64,000 bases of DNA from the human T2T-CHM13v2.0 reference genome, Homo sapiens. Numbering within the stretch: the stretch's first letter is position 1; every line of letters begins with the position of its first letter. Under the pieces are notes generated by a model that was not told where the DNA came from, did no database searches, and saw only the letters and a list, made by a program, of their open reading frames with translations. The position numbers and the translations under genes were made by a program. Shown here in pieces: positions 1-13,462 of this stretch. The stretch lies in the NCBI RefSeq assembly GCF_009914755.1, contig NC_060937.1; one strand, 5' to 3'.

Positions 1-559
1 AACTTTAATTTCTCTAGCAAAATATCCTATAAATGAAGGAAGTAATATACTCAACAAAAATCAGAGCTTAAAAGTTTTTACACTGTAACTGTAACTTGAA
101 ACAGATAACCAAATTTTGACATACAAATAAAGGCATATTCTGCATTTTTTAAGACAACCACAAAGCTGATGATTAAGTCGTCTCAATTCTATCCGCTTAC
201 TAAAATCTATGTCCCATTTTCTTTTTATGTTTTTTTCTTTTCTTTGTAGTTTTGCCAAGTTTCAATTTACTACAGTGAGGAATTATATGATAGTAGCAAC
301 ATTTTGAAACCTTATTTTATTTCTTTTTGTTTAGCTAAAATCTTGCTTCATTTCTATGCCTACCCTAACTTTGTAGTAGGTGATAATTTCTTATTCAGCA
401 GAAGCCAAATTGTTAATTTACACTGTTTACAAAGTATTTAACCCGTAAGCCTGTATAAACAGGCAGCTAAAAACTGGTTTATTGGTAAAAAATACATATA
501 TAAGGCATTCATAAAACATATATATGTTAGTGCCTGCTAAATGCCTTGACATCACGTAG

Positions 560-730
560 ACCATGAGGTCAAATCCCAGTACTGCCTTTTACAATACAAT
601 GTTTGGAAATTTTGTTTTACCTCTATAAATCTGTTTTCCATCTCTCAAATGGAGATGATATCTACCTCATAGGGTTGCTATGAAGACTAAATAATTTATA
701 TAAGGCAAAAATAGAGTGCCTTGTGCATAA
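560..730 (+). mobile_element. MIR fragment
   Basis: Degenerate MIR core: 'tcaaatcccagtactgcc...ctgttttccatctctcaaatggagatgatatctacctcatagggttg'. Boundaries approximate. Confidence 0.7.
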
Positions 731-849
731 CTGGTAACTGCTACAAGGTCTTACCTGTTTTGGCCCTGTCTTTACCCTAAGCCATACATCCATTACCTCT
801 AGGATTTAACTTCCTACCATTTTCTCCCTTACTCTTACCACTCAGGCCC

Positions 850-1210
850 TGCAGGATTCCCTCCTGTTGGGTCACCACAAACTCCCCTCTCTGAAGGCCC
901 TTTCCTCCTTCTGTTTGTTGCCTAGATGTCTGCAGGACTGGCTTCTTCCTGTTAGTCAGATTTCTGTTTAGATATCACCTTATCATAGAGGTCTTTTCTG
1001 ACTTCTATCTAAAATATCTTTCTCTTTCTTACCTTACTTTATTTTCTTCCTAGTACTGATCTAACACATCTTTATTGATTTTTATTGTTTACATCCTTCC
1101 ATAGCGTGAAAGTCCATAAAGAACAAGCGCTTTATTTTGTTCATGATTGTATCCTAGCACATGGAATATCATTTGTCATATAACAGGGATTATGCTTTTT
1201 AATAAACTGC
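850..1210 (+). mobile_element. L2 3' fragment
   Basis: Resembles the L2 3' end: 'atcaccttatcatagaggtcttttctgac...ttgttcatgattgtatcctagcacatgg'. Boundaries approximate. Confidence 0.6.
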
Positions 1211-1668
1211 TATTAATGTATTTGGAAAAGACCAAAAACCTGTATTTGAAAATAGTTGCAGCCTTTATAGATTCATGATACCTTACCAAGGCAGTATCAA
1301 TTAGGCAAAAAACGGACCCTCTTCACCTTCCAGGTTTATGTATAGTAGATTGTTTTGGAGATATTGGCAGGATTTTGTCTGTGTTTGTGTGTTTTTAAAT
1401 GTGATGCTGACTGGCCATGTTATTCTGTAAACAGTAAATGTAGCTAAAATCAGAATCTGGCAGTAATTTTGATAAAGTAGAGTGAATTTTTGTCTACTGC
1501 AAATTTTTTCTGTCCTAGAATTTTTGTTTGTTTCTATTAAACATAAAAGATAATCAACAAAATTTGGGTTATCTGTTTCAAGTTACCTACACTATAAAAA
1601 TGTCAGTGAGTTTACATAAAGTGATTTGAGGATACAGAAATGTGGAAAGCAGTCAAGAGGAAGCTTGA

Positions 1669-2005
<337 letters not shown>

Positions 2006-2475
2006 AAAGCACTTTCTATGATACATTAAGGCTTTGGATTTTATTCTACAAATGTTGGGGAAGCCATAGCCATAAAAGGATTTTTAGCCTAATGAGATTC
2101 TATTTGTAAAAAGCCATCCTGGCAGCAGTATGGACAGTCCACAGGGGAGAGCTAGTTAGGAGTATATTGCAATATTACAGTCTACAGAAGAGGAAGACTT
2201 GAAAAAATTAATAACATACTAATTATTGGCCTCTGCATATATAACAGGAAGCTTACTGTTCTATTAAAATTTAAGTGACAGTTCTACTACCTAAATTGAC
2301 ATATGAAGAAACTTTAAAATTATCTAAATTTTATAATTTGGAATCATCATCAGTGATGGCAATTACCTTAAAAAGCATCTTATTATGTACTTGATGCAGC
2401 TGATGCTGAGAGGTGACATGACCTACTTAACATAATACAGTTAAGTCATGACAGAGGTACTTGTCTTTATGGTCA

Positions 2476-2999
2476 TGTGTGGGGTTTTCCAGAGAAACAG
2501 AATCAATAAGTTATGTGAAAGGGCATTTATTAGAGGAAATTCACATTGTTACAGAGGTGAAGAAAGTATCATGTTAGGCCATCCACAAGCTGGAAAACCA
2601 GAGAATCAGTAGCATGGCTCAATCTGGAAACCTCAGAACCAGAGAAGCCAAAAATGCAGCCCTTAATCTGAGGCCAACAGCCTGCAGGGAGCTGCTGGTG
2701 CAAACCCCAGAGTTCAGAAGCCAAAGAACTTAGAGTCTATGTCCAAGAGCAGGAGGAGAAAAGGCTCTGGAAGACAGAGAGAGGGCAAAAAGAGAATCGC
2801 CCTTCTTCTGCCTGGCTGTCCCAGCCAGATCACCAGCCAATTGTATGGTGTCTGCCCACATGAAGGGTAGCTCTTTCTTTTAGTCTACTGACTCAAACAG
2901 CAATGTTCTCTGGAAACACTGCCACAGAAATATCCAGAAGCAGTGCTTCACCAGCATCTGTTACTCCAGCCAAATTGACACATAAAATTATCCATCACA
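2476..2999 (-). mobile_element. MLT2 (B/C-like) LTR, the 3' LTR of the ERVL provirus
   Basis: 'ggttttccagagaaacagaatc...aattgacacataaaattatccatcaca'. Abuts the reverse-complemented polypurine tract 'agtccacctct' at 3000. Confidence 0.9.
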
Positions 3000-3599
3000 A
3001 GTCCACCTCTTGTCAACATGACACCTGTATGCATCTTCGTAAAGCATAGTTAATTCTGAATAAAGCCAATGACAAGGTCATAATTACACCTAACACAATA
3101 TAACTATCCTGTGTACAACCCAAAACATGCCAATTCTTTTCCCAGAAGGAGGTAAAGTTCTTGAGTGAGGTTTACTTTTCTATTGACGTCCTATAACTTA
3201 AATATTAAGACATAAAGTTGACAATACTTAAGTAGTGATAAAAAGTCAGTAAGTCTTAAGTTCCTTTATAAACAAATAAGAGAAAAATCAAAGATATTTA
3301 TTTAATACGTGTGTATAGATACACAAACATCTTAACAAAACAGTGAGGAAATACTTATTACAATTAAAGTCCTCATTTTTTTAACTGGCCATGTGATTGT
3401 AGCTTGTATTTGTAACCACTTTCTACTATCCATTCTATTTCCCCCTTTTCTTCAGCAAGCATCTCATCTGGTCATGGTTCTTTACCTGGTGAAGTGTCCC
3501 AAATCTTCATTCCTGAAGGGTCTGAGCCATTAGTTCTGCCTGGATTGGAGTATTGTTGTTTCCCATTGAACTGAGTTACAGGGCATGGTTATATTAAGA

Positions 3600-3931
3600 A
3601 ACACTGTCAGGGATCTTCTGTGTTCCAGAGTTACTCTTCCTTATCTCCATTGTAGAGCAATGGTTCGATTTCCCCTTGGTTTCCTGAATCAATCTCTCCA
3701 GCCAACAACATTACTTTCTTCTTAGCCTATTGGCTCAGAGGCATAGAGCCTGAAGTGGCCTGTGGCAATCTTCCAGTTCAATGGAATAATTGTTGTTTTT
3801 CCTAGTGGGAGCTTCCCTCCCTCTGGAAGTAAGATCTCAAGGTCAGCAGAACATGTCATAGGGTCAGGAAGGAAAAATTTTACTAGTGGGTCCCTAGGGT
3901 TCATGGTGAGTGGTACCACTCCCATTTTCAT
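3600..3931 (-). pseudogene. ERVL dUTPase remnant
   Basis: LLPEGGKLPLGKTTIIPLNWKIATGHFRL downstream of integrase, the position typical of ERVL. Confidence 0.75.
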
Positions 3932-3999
3932 CCCTTGATTCCTAGATCCTTGAATCCTCGCTATGGGAGAGACAGCACCATATCTGATTCAGAGAATAT

Positions 4000-4582
4000 A
4001 GAGCCATCTGGAGAGCCTTGCTCCAGTCCTGCAAAGCATTGTCACCTCTCTGGTGCTTTAACTCTGACTTCAAAAGGCCTTTCTATCATTCTGTCAGGCC
4101 ACCTGCTTCAGAGTGCTGGGGATCATGGTAAGACCGGTGAATTCCATGTGCATGAGACCATTCCTGCACCATTTTTTGCTGTAAAGTGAGTTTTTTGGCC
4201 AGAAACAATGCTGTGTGGGCTTCTGTGATGGTGGGTAAGTGTGCAGATAATAGTTTTGACTGAAACATTGTTTGCAGGGAAGGGAAATCCATTTCCAGAG
4301 TAAATGACTATTCCAGTGAGGACAAAATGCTTACTCCTTTCATGATGAAGTTGGTACAGTGTATTCAACCTGCCACCAGGTAGCTGGGTGATCACCCTAA
4401 GGAATAATGGCATAGTCAGGGCTTAATGTTGGTCTCTGCTGCTGGCGGATTAGGCATTCAGTGATAGCCACTTCAGCTTTGGTGACTGGAAGTTCACATT
4501 GCTGAAGCCGTGCATGGCTTTCACCCCTGCAACTTTGGTCACTTTGTTCATAAGCCCATTGGGTAATGATTAGTGTGACCAA
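4000..4582 (-). pseudogene. ERVL integrase remnant (frameshifted)
   Basis: ITQWAYEQS, CLIRQQQRPTLSP, FVLTGIVIYSGNGFPFP and HGIHRSYHDPQHSEAGGLTE spread across three frames. Confidence 0.85.
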
Positions 4583-4599
4583 AGGAAGAGGCTAACTGG

Positions 4600-6130
4600 T
4601 ACCCACAGAAGGGGTCATCCTATCTACTTGATTATTAAAAGTATTCTCTACTGAGATCACCCTTTGGAGAGTTTTCCCATGAGATATAGGTACCTTTTGC
4701 CCACTCAGACTCTACATTACTCTTCCCAAATTTCTGTCACTAATTTCCCAATTATGTTATTTTCAAGTCCTTGACCATCCAGCCAAACCATAATTGCACA
4801 TATGGCCATTTCTTCTTCCAAGCCAAGTGTGAAACCAGGTGCACTGGCCAAAATTTTGCCACTGAGAGTTCTCTTGACCAGTGTCCTTCAGGGATGTCTC
4901 ATAATGGGGTTGCAGTGCTGGGTTTATCCATCTGTAAACCAGGCCCTAGTCTTCTTTACCTTTCTCAGCTATTCCAATGACACCATAGGTGCAGGCCGGG
5001 AAAAGAAGGCAGGGTATTATGGGAAGGAACCATGGGCATTTTGGCCACCTTTTCATGTAACTTGTGCCTTCAGGACCTGCTCAGAGTGCTGCTGTGCATG
5101 TCACCTTTATGGCCTGGTGGGTCATATGGCACCCAATGTATGATGGGCAGCTCAGGTCACATGGTATCTTGGTGGCCTGTGGTCAAGTTGTCAGTTTTAT
5201 GAAGATCCAGTAGCAGGCCAAGATCTGTCTTTCAAAAGGAAAGTAGTTAACTCTAGACGATGGCAAGGACTTGCTCCAAAATCCTCTGCTGTGATTCACC
5301 TACAGTGCCATATGATCTAGCAGATATAATGGTACATGAGGTGTCAGTGACAGGCATGCTGTTTATATCTGTCTGCCACTTACACTTCACTTACCATTGT
5401 ATCTGCTAGATCATATGGCCCAAGTGGCAGATCACCTTTTACAGCAGCTTGGATCTATTGCTGAGCCTTCTCCTGTTTTGGATCTCACTCAAAACTAGGA
5501 GCTTTTGGATCACTTGATAAATGGGCTGGAGTAGCACACACAAATAAGGAATTTTTTGCTTCCAAAATCCAAATAGGCCCAGTAGGCACTGTGTCTTTTT
5601 CTTGGTTGTAGGAGGGGCCAGGTCCAACAACTTATATTTCACATTAGATGAGCTATCTGGACATGCCTCATGCCATGAGATTCCTAGAAATTTTACTGAA
5701 GTAAAAGACCTCTGAATTTTGTTAGCTGGACTTATTTCTCTACCCTCTGACACACAAATCTTTTACTAATAACTCCAGAGCAGTTGCTACTTTTTGCTCA
5801 CTAGGTCTAATCAGCATAATGTCATTAATGTAATGGACCAGTGTGGTCCATTACTTCTTGTGGAAGGGAAAGGCAATCAAGGCCCCTGCAAACTAAATTA
5901 TAACATAGGGCTGGAGAGTTGATATACTCTAAGATAGGACAAGTGAAGGTATATTTCTGGCCTTGCTGGCTGAAAGCAAACTGCTTCTGGTGGGCCTTAT
6001 GGACAGGGATTGTGAGAAAGGCATTTGCCAGATCAAGAGCTGCATATCAGTACCAGGAGACGTGTTAATTTGCCCAAACGATGAAACCACATCTGGTACA
6101 GCAGCTGCCATTGAAGTCGTCACTTGGTTG
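4600..6130 (-). pseudogene. ERVL reverse transcriptase/RNase H remnant
   Basis: HYINDIML at 5812-5835 (decayed YIDD). SVKFLGISW and LAPPTTKKKTQCLLGLFGFW in the ORF at 5439-5753. Confidence 0.85.
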
Positions 6131-6242
6131 AGCTTACAATAGAGTTAGTGGGGAACATCATCCCATGTCATTCTAGTCCTTGGTGGTGGTACTAATCTCT
6201 GTCATCCCTTCAGGGGTGCAGTATTTTCAGTTTACTATTTTC

Positions 6243-6600
6243 TTAGGTAGAGTCTGCTCTAATGCCTTCCATTTGGCTTTTCTCATCATAATATCCCTCA
6301 TCTCCACACGTTAGGGAACCAGTGAGGGAATTCTGGCAGCTGATAAATACGTTTATTCCAATTATACATTCTGGAACTGTGGAAATGACCACAGGATAGG
6401 TTTGGAGACCCACTGTTCCAACTGTAAGCCATACTGGAACTAAAACTCCACTGATCACCTTACCTCCAAAAGCCCTTACCCTGATTGGAGGCCACAGTGA
6501 TGTTTTCTGTGTTCTGGAATCAGTATGAATTCAGAGCCAGTGTCAAGAAGTCCTCAGAATGTCTGATTGTTTCCCTTTTTTCAATGCACAGTTACCTTGG
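6243..6600 (-). pseudogene. ERVL aspartic protease remnant
   Basis: GLLDTGSE encoded on the minus strand at 6530-6553; PVVISTVPECIIGI follows downstream. Confidence 0.85.
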
Positions 6601-6799
6601 TAAAATGCTGGAGGTCCCTTTGGGTGAGGATTTGGACAAAAATTAACAGTATAAATTTTCAGTATTGTACCCAGGTCCTTCTTTAAGGACTTCCCTTTCA
6701 TTTAGAGGTCTGCAAGCTGGCTCAAGTCTGGAAATTGATTGAAAGGCCATGATCTCTGTTATCCTTTGAGTTAGACTTTTGTTCACTTGAACTGGGAGT

Positions 6800-8300
6800 T
6801 TTCTGCTTACACAGATCAAGTAAGAATGCAGTAGGGTTCTCATCTGTTTCACTTCTAGCAACATTATGTTTATTAGCTAGCATCATAGGTCTGAATGAGT
6901 CAGAATATTTTAACTGTTCCTTTGCCTCTACTGTTTATTTTGCTAACTATACCCACCTTGCCTTAGGTGGCTGAGTACTGCCACCTGGGCCCTGCTACCC
7001 AGAAATAAAATTACATCCACTAGATGTAAGCTTTCCAATTGAGTGACTGCAGTTCCCATTGTAAAGTCTAGCATATAGAAAAGAACAGTCATAGAGCGCT
7101 TCAAGGATGTTGGTAGTCTCCTCATCAATCTATTTCTCAAAGTATTGGTGAAAATCATATCTTCTGAACTCTCCCAGTGTGGTTGGGTAGGTTTTATGTG
7201 ACAAAGCTGCTCTAACATTCCAATCTCCGCAAGCCTTTGAATCCCTTTCCTTACATTAAAACAAGAGAGATCAGGCATCTTCATCTTACCCATGTCGGGC
7301 CACTTTTGATCCGCATTTTGGCTAAGCAACTAAAGTATTAGCATCTTTTTTGAACTCCCTGAGCTACAACATTAAATGCAGAATCTTTGCTTAGTGGGTC
7401 CATATCAATAAATTCAGGCTAATCCAATTTTATGTTTTTTTCCACCATTACTCACACTCTTAATATCCATTGCCACATAAGCTCCATGGATCTCTGAATG
7501 TATAAATTAGAAAACTTAAGTAGTTATTCTGGAGTGTAGCATACCTTCTTATGAATTATACTGTGCACCACACCTTTGAGTGTCTGCTGGGACTTGAGTG
7601 TAGTTATAGGTCTAGAAGCAAAAAGGGGTGGTGGAGATGGGTCCTGAAGAAAAGAAGCATTGTGTTGCTTGGTGAGTGAATTGGGAAGCCATTACCGTTT
7701 CCCTAGGAAATGCATGGTTAATTCCCTCAGAAAGAAGTAGAAAGGCTAATACCACTGGGGATGGTATTGGAGGTGGGGAGGCTACTTCCTCTGGCAAAAA
7801 ACACTAATAAAAATTTAGAAGCCCAATGTCTGCAGCGTCATAATTGTCCTCCCACACATCCTCATCCCAACAGGGTCCTATTGTTTCCCAAAGTTCTTGT
7901 TTAACAGTAGATACCCTGAGTGGTTGAAAGTTTGCCTTTCATTGTACATCAGCCAATTAATTGCATAATGAAGGCTTATGTTTGATTTGCAGCAATTTCA
8001 ACCCTATGACTACAGGAGAGAAGATTCTTCTTCAGGGCATATTTAGAAGCTTTTAGGCTATTTATGCACATCTGGAGCCAATAATTTGAATCCCTGAGCT
8101 CATCTTTTTCTTTCATCAATTTGTCCAGCAATGTTAGAGCAACCAACCAATATAATTATGTTCCCTGATTTTCCATAAGTGTTTGAAAGTATCATATATA
8201 GCCACCAAATTTCCTGCTTCTAAGTGGTGAATTAGGAGTATCAAATGCATTCATTTTGCATATTTCTATAAACAGTTAATGCTGTGGACTGTCAGTGTTC
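6800..8300 (-). pseudogene. ERVL gag remnant
   Basis: WPDMGKMKMPDLSCFNVRKGIQRLAEIGMLEQLCHIKP in the ORF at 6943-7329 resembles ERVL Gag. Confidence 0.75.
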
Positions 8301-8435
8301 TCTGTACTATTAGAAATACAGTCTTTAGCAGTCTTAGATCTAATCATACCAGAGAGCCAATTCCAGAAACCCTAAAACCAATTAAGATTTATTCTTAAAA
8401 TTGTGTTTATCTAGAACCACTCCTAGTACCAAAAC

Positions 8436-10850
8436 TGTGTTGCTATAACAGAATGCCTGAGACTGGGTAACTCATAAAGGAAAGAGGCTTATTTGGCTCA
8501 AAATTCTGGTGGCTGGAAAGTCCAAGAGCATGGTGCCAGCATCTGCTTGACTTCTCTTGAAGGCTATGTGCTTCAAGCCATTGTAGAGAAGTGGGCAGCC
8601 AAGTAATTCTGTGCGAAGAAAAAAGCAAGAGAAGGAATTTTGCTTTATGAAACCTGGTCTCTCATTAACTAATTCAGCCCTACAAGAACAAGAACTCACT
8701 TTCATGATACTGGATTAAGTGATTCTTGGGGAATCTGCCCCTATGACTCAAACACATCCCATTAGGCTTCATCCCCCTAACATTGCCACAATGGCAGTCA
8801 AATTTCCACATGATTTTCGGAGGGGAAAACCCATATTCAAGGTATTGCATTCTGCCCCTGAAACTCACATCCTTCTTACGATACAAAATACAATTGGTCC
8901 ATCCCGATAGTACTAAAAGTCTTAATTTGTTTCAGCACAAACTTAAAACTTCAAAGTTCAAGTCCTATCTGAGAGCCAGTGAAATTAAAACACAGAAACA
9001 AACAAAACAAGTTATTTACTTCCAAGACACAGTGATACAGACATTGGGTAAACATTCCCATTCCAAAAGGGATAAATAGGCCAAAACAAAAGAGTGACAA
9101 GCCCGATGTAAGTTTGAAATCCAGGAAGGCAGACATTAAATCTTAAAACCTCAAAATAAATTTTCAGTGTGTTTTCTGTACACACTAGTACAAGGATTAG
9201 GTTCTCAAATCCTCAGGTAGCCCTGTCCCAAGGATTGGCTGGGTATAGCCCATATGGCTGTCCTCACAGGCTGTCCTAGAGAACCTGTCGCTTTCCCAGG
9301 CAGGTGTTTCATGCTGCTGGTGGCTTTATGATTCTTGAGTCTCAAGGGCAGCCCTGTTCCCATGGCTCCACTAGACACTGCCCTGAAGGGATTTTCTGTG
9401 GCAGCTCTGCCCCTGTGGCAGATTTCTGCTTGGGCCTTCCAGTTGTTTACTACATCCTTTAATAGCTAGGTGGAAGCTCCCAGGACCCCACAGCCAACAT
9501 ATTTAGTGCACCTGCTTACTGCTTCTGCCCTCTGGATTTGAAAAATAGGCCATACCTTGGCCCACATGAGCTATGGCTGTGTGCTACCCAGGGTTACAGC
9601 TTATATTTTATGAAGCAGCAGCCTGAGCAACTCCTGAGACTGCTTTTAGGCATGGCTGGAGCAACCAGAATGACTAGAATATGGGATACAATGTCCTGGG
9701 GTGGCCTTCGACACTAAGCCTATGAAGAGTGCCTTGGTTCTGTCCCCTGAAATAAATTTTGCTCTCTCAGGCCTCTAGGCCTTTCCAATGTCCTGATTAC
9801 ACAGCACCTGGATCCCTTTGATCTGTGCTACTCTCCTTAGCACAAAATGGTCACTGGGCCCACAGTTTTGGCACAATCTCCTGAACATATCTTTCGTCAC
9901 ACGGTTATGTTTTTAGTCTCTGTTTCCCTTTTGTTTATAAATTCTGCCTTTAGATCATCCCTTTACTCCCATAGCTCCATGTAAGCAGTTAGCAGTAACT
10001 ATAGAGCTTCTTGAGCAGTTTATTCCCTCAAATTTATTCTGCCAGAAATTCTAGTTTATCACTCTGAAATTTCATTTCATAAAGTACTAGGGTTTGGCCC
10101 CACTGCAACCAAGTTCTTTACAACCATATAACAAGGGTGTGGTATATTTCATTACTCAATAAGATACTCCTCATTTTCGTCTGTAACCTCATAATGTCTT
10201 TACTATCCATATTTCTTTCAGCGTTTTGGTCAAAACCACTGAAACAGTCTCTAAGAAGTTCTAATTCTTCATCTGAGCACCCACCAGAACTGCCTGTAAT
10301 GCTTCATTGACTGACTGCAATGCAGGCTTTCTCTAGCATACTCCTGTAAACCTTTGCAATCTCTGCTCATTATCCAGTTCCAACGCTGCTTCAAAGGTTT
10401 TAGGTATCTTTATAGCAATAATCCCACTCCTTGTTACAAGTTTTCTTTGTTTGGCTGTAACAGAACACCTGAGAATGAGTAATTCATAAAGAAAAGAGTT
10501 TTATTTGGCTTATAATTCTGGTGGCTGGAAAGCCCAAGAACATGGCACCAGCATCTGCTTGGGTTCTGTTGAGTACTATGTGCTGCATCAAAACATGGCA
10601 GAAAAGCAAGCGAGTATGTACAAAGAGAAAACAAACCTAAGGAGGAACCTCACCTTGATCTATAACGTCTTGCTCTTGTGTTAACTAATCCAGCCCCGCA
10701 ATAGTGAAAACTCACTCTCTTGAGACTATTTCCAAGGGATCTGCCCTCATGACCGAAATACCTCCCATTAGGCCCTACCTCAAAACCGTACCAAAATAGC
10801 AATCAATTTCAACATGAGTTTGAGGGCACAAACAATATTCAAACCAAGCA
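8436..10850 (-). mobile_element. Complete MST-family MaLR provirus (MSTC/D-like): LTR 8436-8849, internal 8850-10445, LTR 10446-10850
   Basis: Two homologous ~410 bp LTRs (both contain 'ttatttggct..aattctggtggctggaaag.ccaaga.catgg') flank a ~1.6 kb MaLR internal region with typical ends. Confidence 0.9.
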
Positions 10851-11059
10851 AAGGACATGATTCATTTTTATTTAAGTATAGAAGCTAATACTGAATATTA
10901 GCAATTTTAATTATTGAAATGTAGCCTTTTTCTGAGGCTACCCAGCTGACATTTTACTAGAAATAGTAATATAAAATTATTTTGGAACTTTAACTTATTT
11001 CCCTCTTTTCTCTCCTACCTAAAGCCAGAAATGATAGATCATACAGAGAGCTTTGACAT

Positions 11060-11210
11060 AAGTTATACTGTGTTAGAAAAATAATGGTCTAGGATTAGGT
11101 CTGGAATCTAGTCCTAGTTGTGACCCTAAGCAAGTAGAGTTTCTTGGTCTCTATTTTAAATTTAAGGAGTAGAACCTGAATTTTGATATCCTTTCAGCTC
11201 CAGCTATATA
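11060..11210 (+). mobile_element. MIR/MIR3 fragment
   Basis: 'ggtctggaatctagtcctagttgtgaccctaagcaagt...tcctttcagctcc'. Confidence 0.5.
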
Positions 11211-13462
11211 GTAGAAGATAGCTTTTGTTATGGCTAAAAAACTCATTGAGACATATTAAGCTGAACTCCATATGCTTAAAATAATCACATATTTGTCTGT
11301 GCAGAAATTTAAGCTGATTACAAACATTAAATAGTAAATTAGGTATGGTGGGTATATTTGTTATTCATTCCTTTTTAAAATATTATTTTCTCCCTGTAAA
11401 AAAAGAATATTTTTCTGCAGCACTTAACTTGGAATACGTTTTAGAGCAGATGATGTTGGACATAAGCAGAAACTTTCCTAAGCAACCAGATTGAACACAC
11501 TTAAAGAAAGAATTTCTGTTTTATGCCACTAGTGAATATTATAGTATTAGAAAACCACTAATCTGATGTTTTGTAATGGAGCTGCAGAACTCTTAGGTAA
11601 GATTTTACCAGATACTGGACATTTTTACTTTAGGAGAAACAGGAAAAAGTTAATTGTCCTCAACGTTAACCAAAAATATTTAAGCTGGATATGGATAAAG
11701 ATTGATTCTTTATATCATTGAACATGCAGTGTTCAAATTTTCTGATTATTGCAAATAACTTTGGCAGCGTTTTTTCTTAAATAAGCATTCAAATAAGGTC
11801 TATACATTGCCATTGGTAGATGTGCTTATTAGGTCTCAGTTTATAGACTTTTTCTCTTTCTCTTTTAAAAATTCTTTTCATTCTTTTGTGATTATTAAAT
11901 AAAGCCAGTTGGTTTTCATTGTGTCTGTCAGTTTTGCATGCTCTGGATTTTGCTGATTGCAATCTTCTTTATTATATATACCTGTGTCTTGTATTTTTTT
12001 GTAAATAGGTCATTAGAGCTAAAGGCTTTAACAACTTCAACAAAGTTAATGATTATTTTGGAATCATTCCACTCAAGATATATTTAGTAAATAGAAAGTT
12101 GTATAATTTACCAAATTTTATTTGTAACATACAGTAAGTCGTAATATAAAATATGATAAAAATTTACTGTAAGGAGAACATTTCAAACAAGAGACTAAAT
12201 TTTATCTTTTATACTTTTAATGATAGGTGGAGGTCATGTAATTGATGCATCAATATGCTAATATGTTATTATTTGCCATTCTCTAAGATCTTATAACTGA
12301 TACTGGCTACTCTTCAAATGGGATTCACCTTTATAATATTGTCCTTTCTCTTAATGAATCAGGAAATAACATATATAAAGTTATAAAATGATGAAGCCCT
12401 TTTTGGCATAGTATAGGTAAAAAGGGAAAGCAGCTCTCAACAATGAGGTAAGATGGTTCACGACTTAAATGTGAGAAAGTTTTCAGAAACAAGCTAGTGA
12501 AATTGTGTCAATACAATTTGCAAGAGCACCAGTGTATATGTTATTTATTTGTAAACATTGTTTTTCACACAACTGAATAGCATGATTGTTTGGCAAATAA
12601 TACTGACACCTTCAAATGAGCACAGAACTAACTGCTTAGTTATATTTATGTTCCTAAAAGATGCAACATGATTGTAGGCATGTTAATTTCATGGAAATAT
12701 CCTAGTAAAAACAGTTTCACTAGTTTTTAAGAAAAGTTGTTTGTGTTTCCTTAAACATAACTAGTGTTATGTTTAACACCTCCAGTGTTAGCCTGAATGT
12801 CTTGGGCAACTCTCTAGTGTTAACCGGAACTGTCATTCACTGCTGTGTGCCCTCGTTCATCCATGAATGATGCCTTTTTGGAGAACCTTCCCTACTCACA
12901 TAATAGAACCCTTGGTTATTGTGAGTTTTGCTACCAAGCGTTAAACCTGTGCTGAGGTCTTGATCCAAGGGCAGCCTCCCTTCAGGATAATGAGACTGAC
13001 TTAGCAAAAACAATCAGGTTAACCATCACATTCTATGTATGGATAAACTAAATTATGATGGAGCAGCACCTAAGAAAATAGAGAAACCAGTTTGTTTATA
13101 GAGAAAGAAGAATGGGATAGACCATGACAAGATGCAGAGATGTGATGGGAGAAATCCTATAGTAGCTGATCTCTACAGCAGCTGTCAGCTATCTCTGTCC
13201 AAGCCCTTTGTAGCTGCCTTTTACATTTTTAGCTTCAAGTAATTTGTTTCCAGTTCTTGAAGCCATATATCAAAATGTAACCTGCGTCCATATGCTTTAA
13301 TGCATTAAAAAGCAATTTATAATATATAATATTACAAGCAAATGATTCCAAATAAAATGTTGTATTGTTCTGATGTCCTTTCCAGAAGCAAAAATTGATA
13401 TTAATCCTTTAAGGGAAGGAATCTCACTTGGGAGGCAGGAAGGAGGTTTAAATCTCATGTAG

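Larger units (their letters stand above)
3000..8435 (-). mobile_element. ERVL internal region (HERVL/ERVL-B4-like), near full length, decayed
   Basis: PBS-like 'ttttggtactaggagtggttctag' (revcomp of 8411-8434). Broken gag, protease, RT, integrase and dUTPase remnants occur in ERVL order, with no env. Confidence 0.92.

Noticed and set aside
2469-10859. Possible shared TSD around the ERVL-MST composite (atggtca vs aaggaca)
   Set aside because: Imperfect and not the expected clean 5-bp duplication; too weak to prove a single integration.
12770-13300. Possible ancient ERVL LTR (LTR33/LTR50-like)
   Set aside because: Only a vague resemblance; I could not define termini or a TSD.
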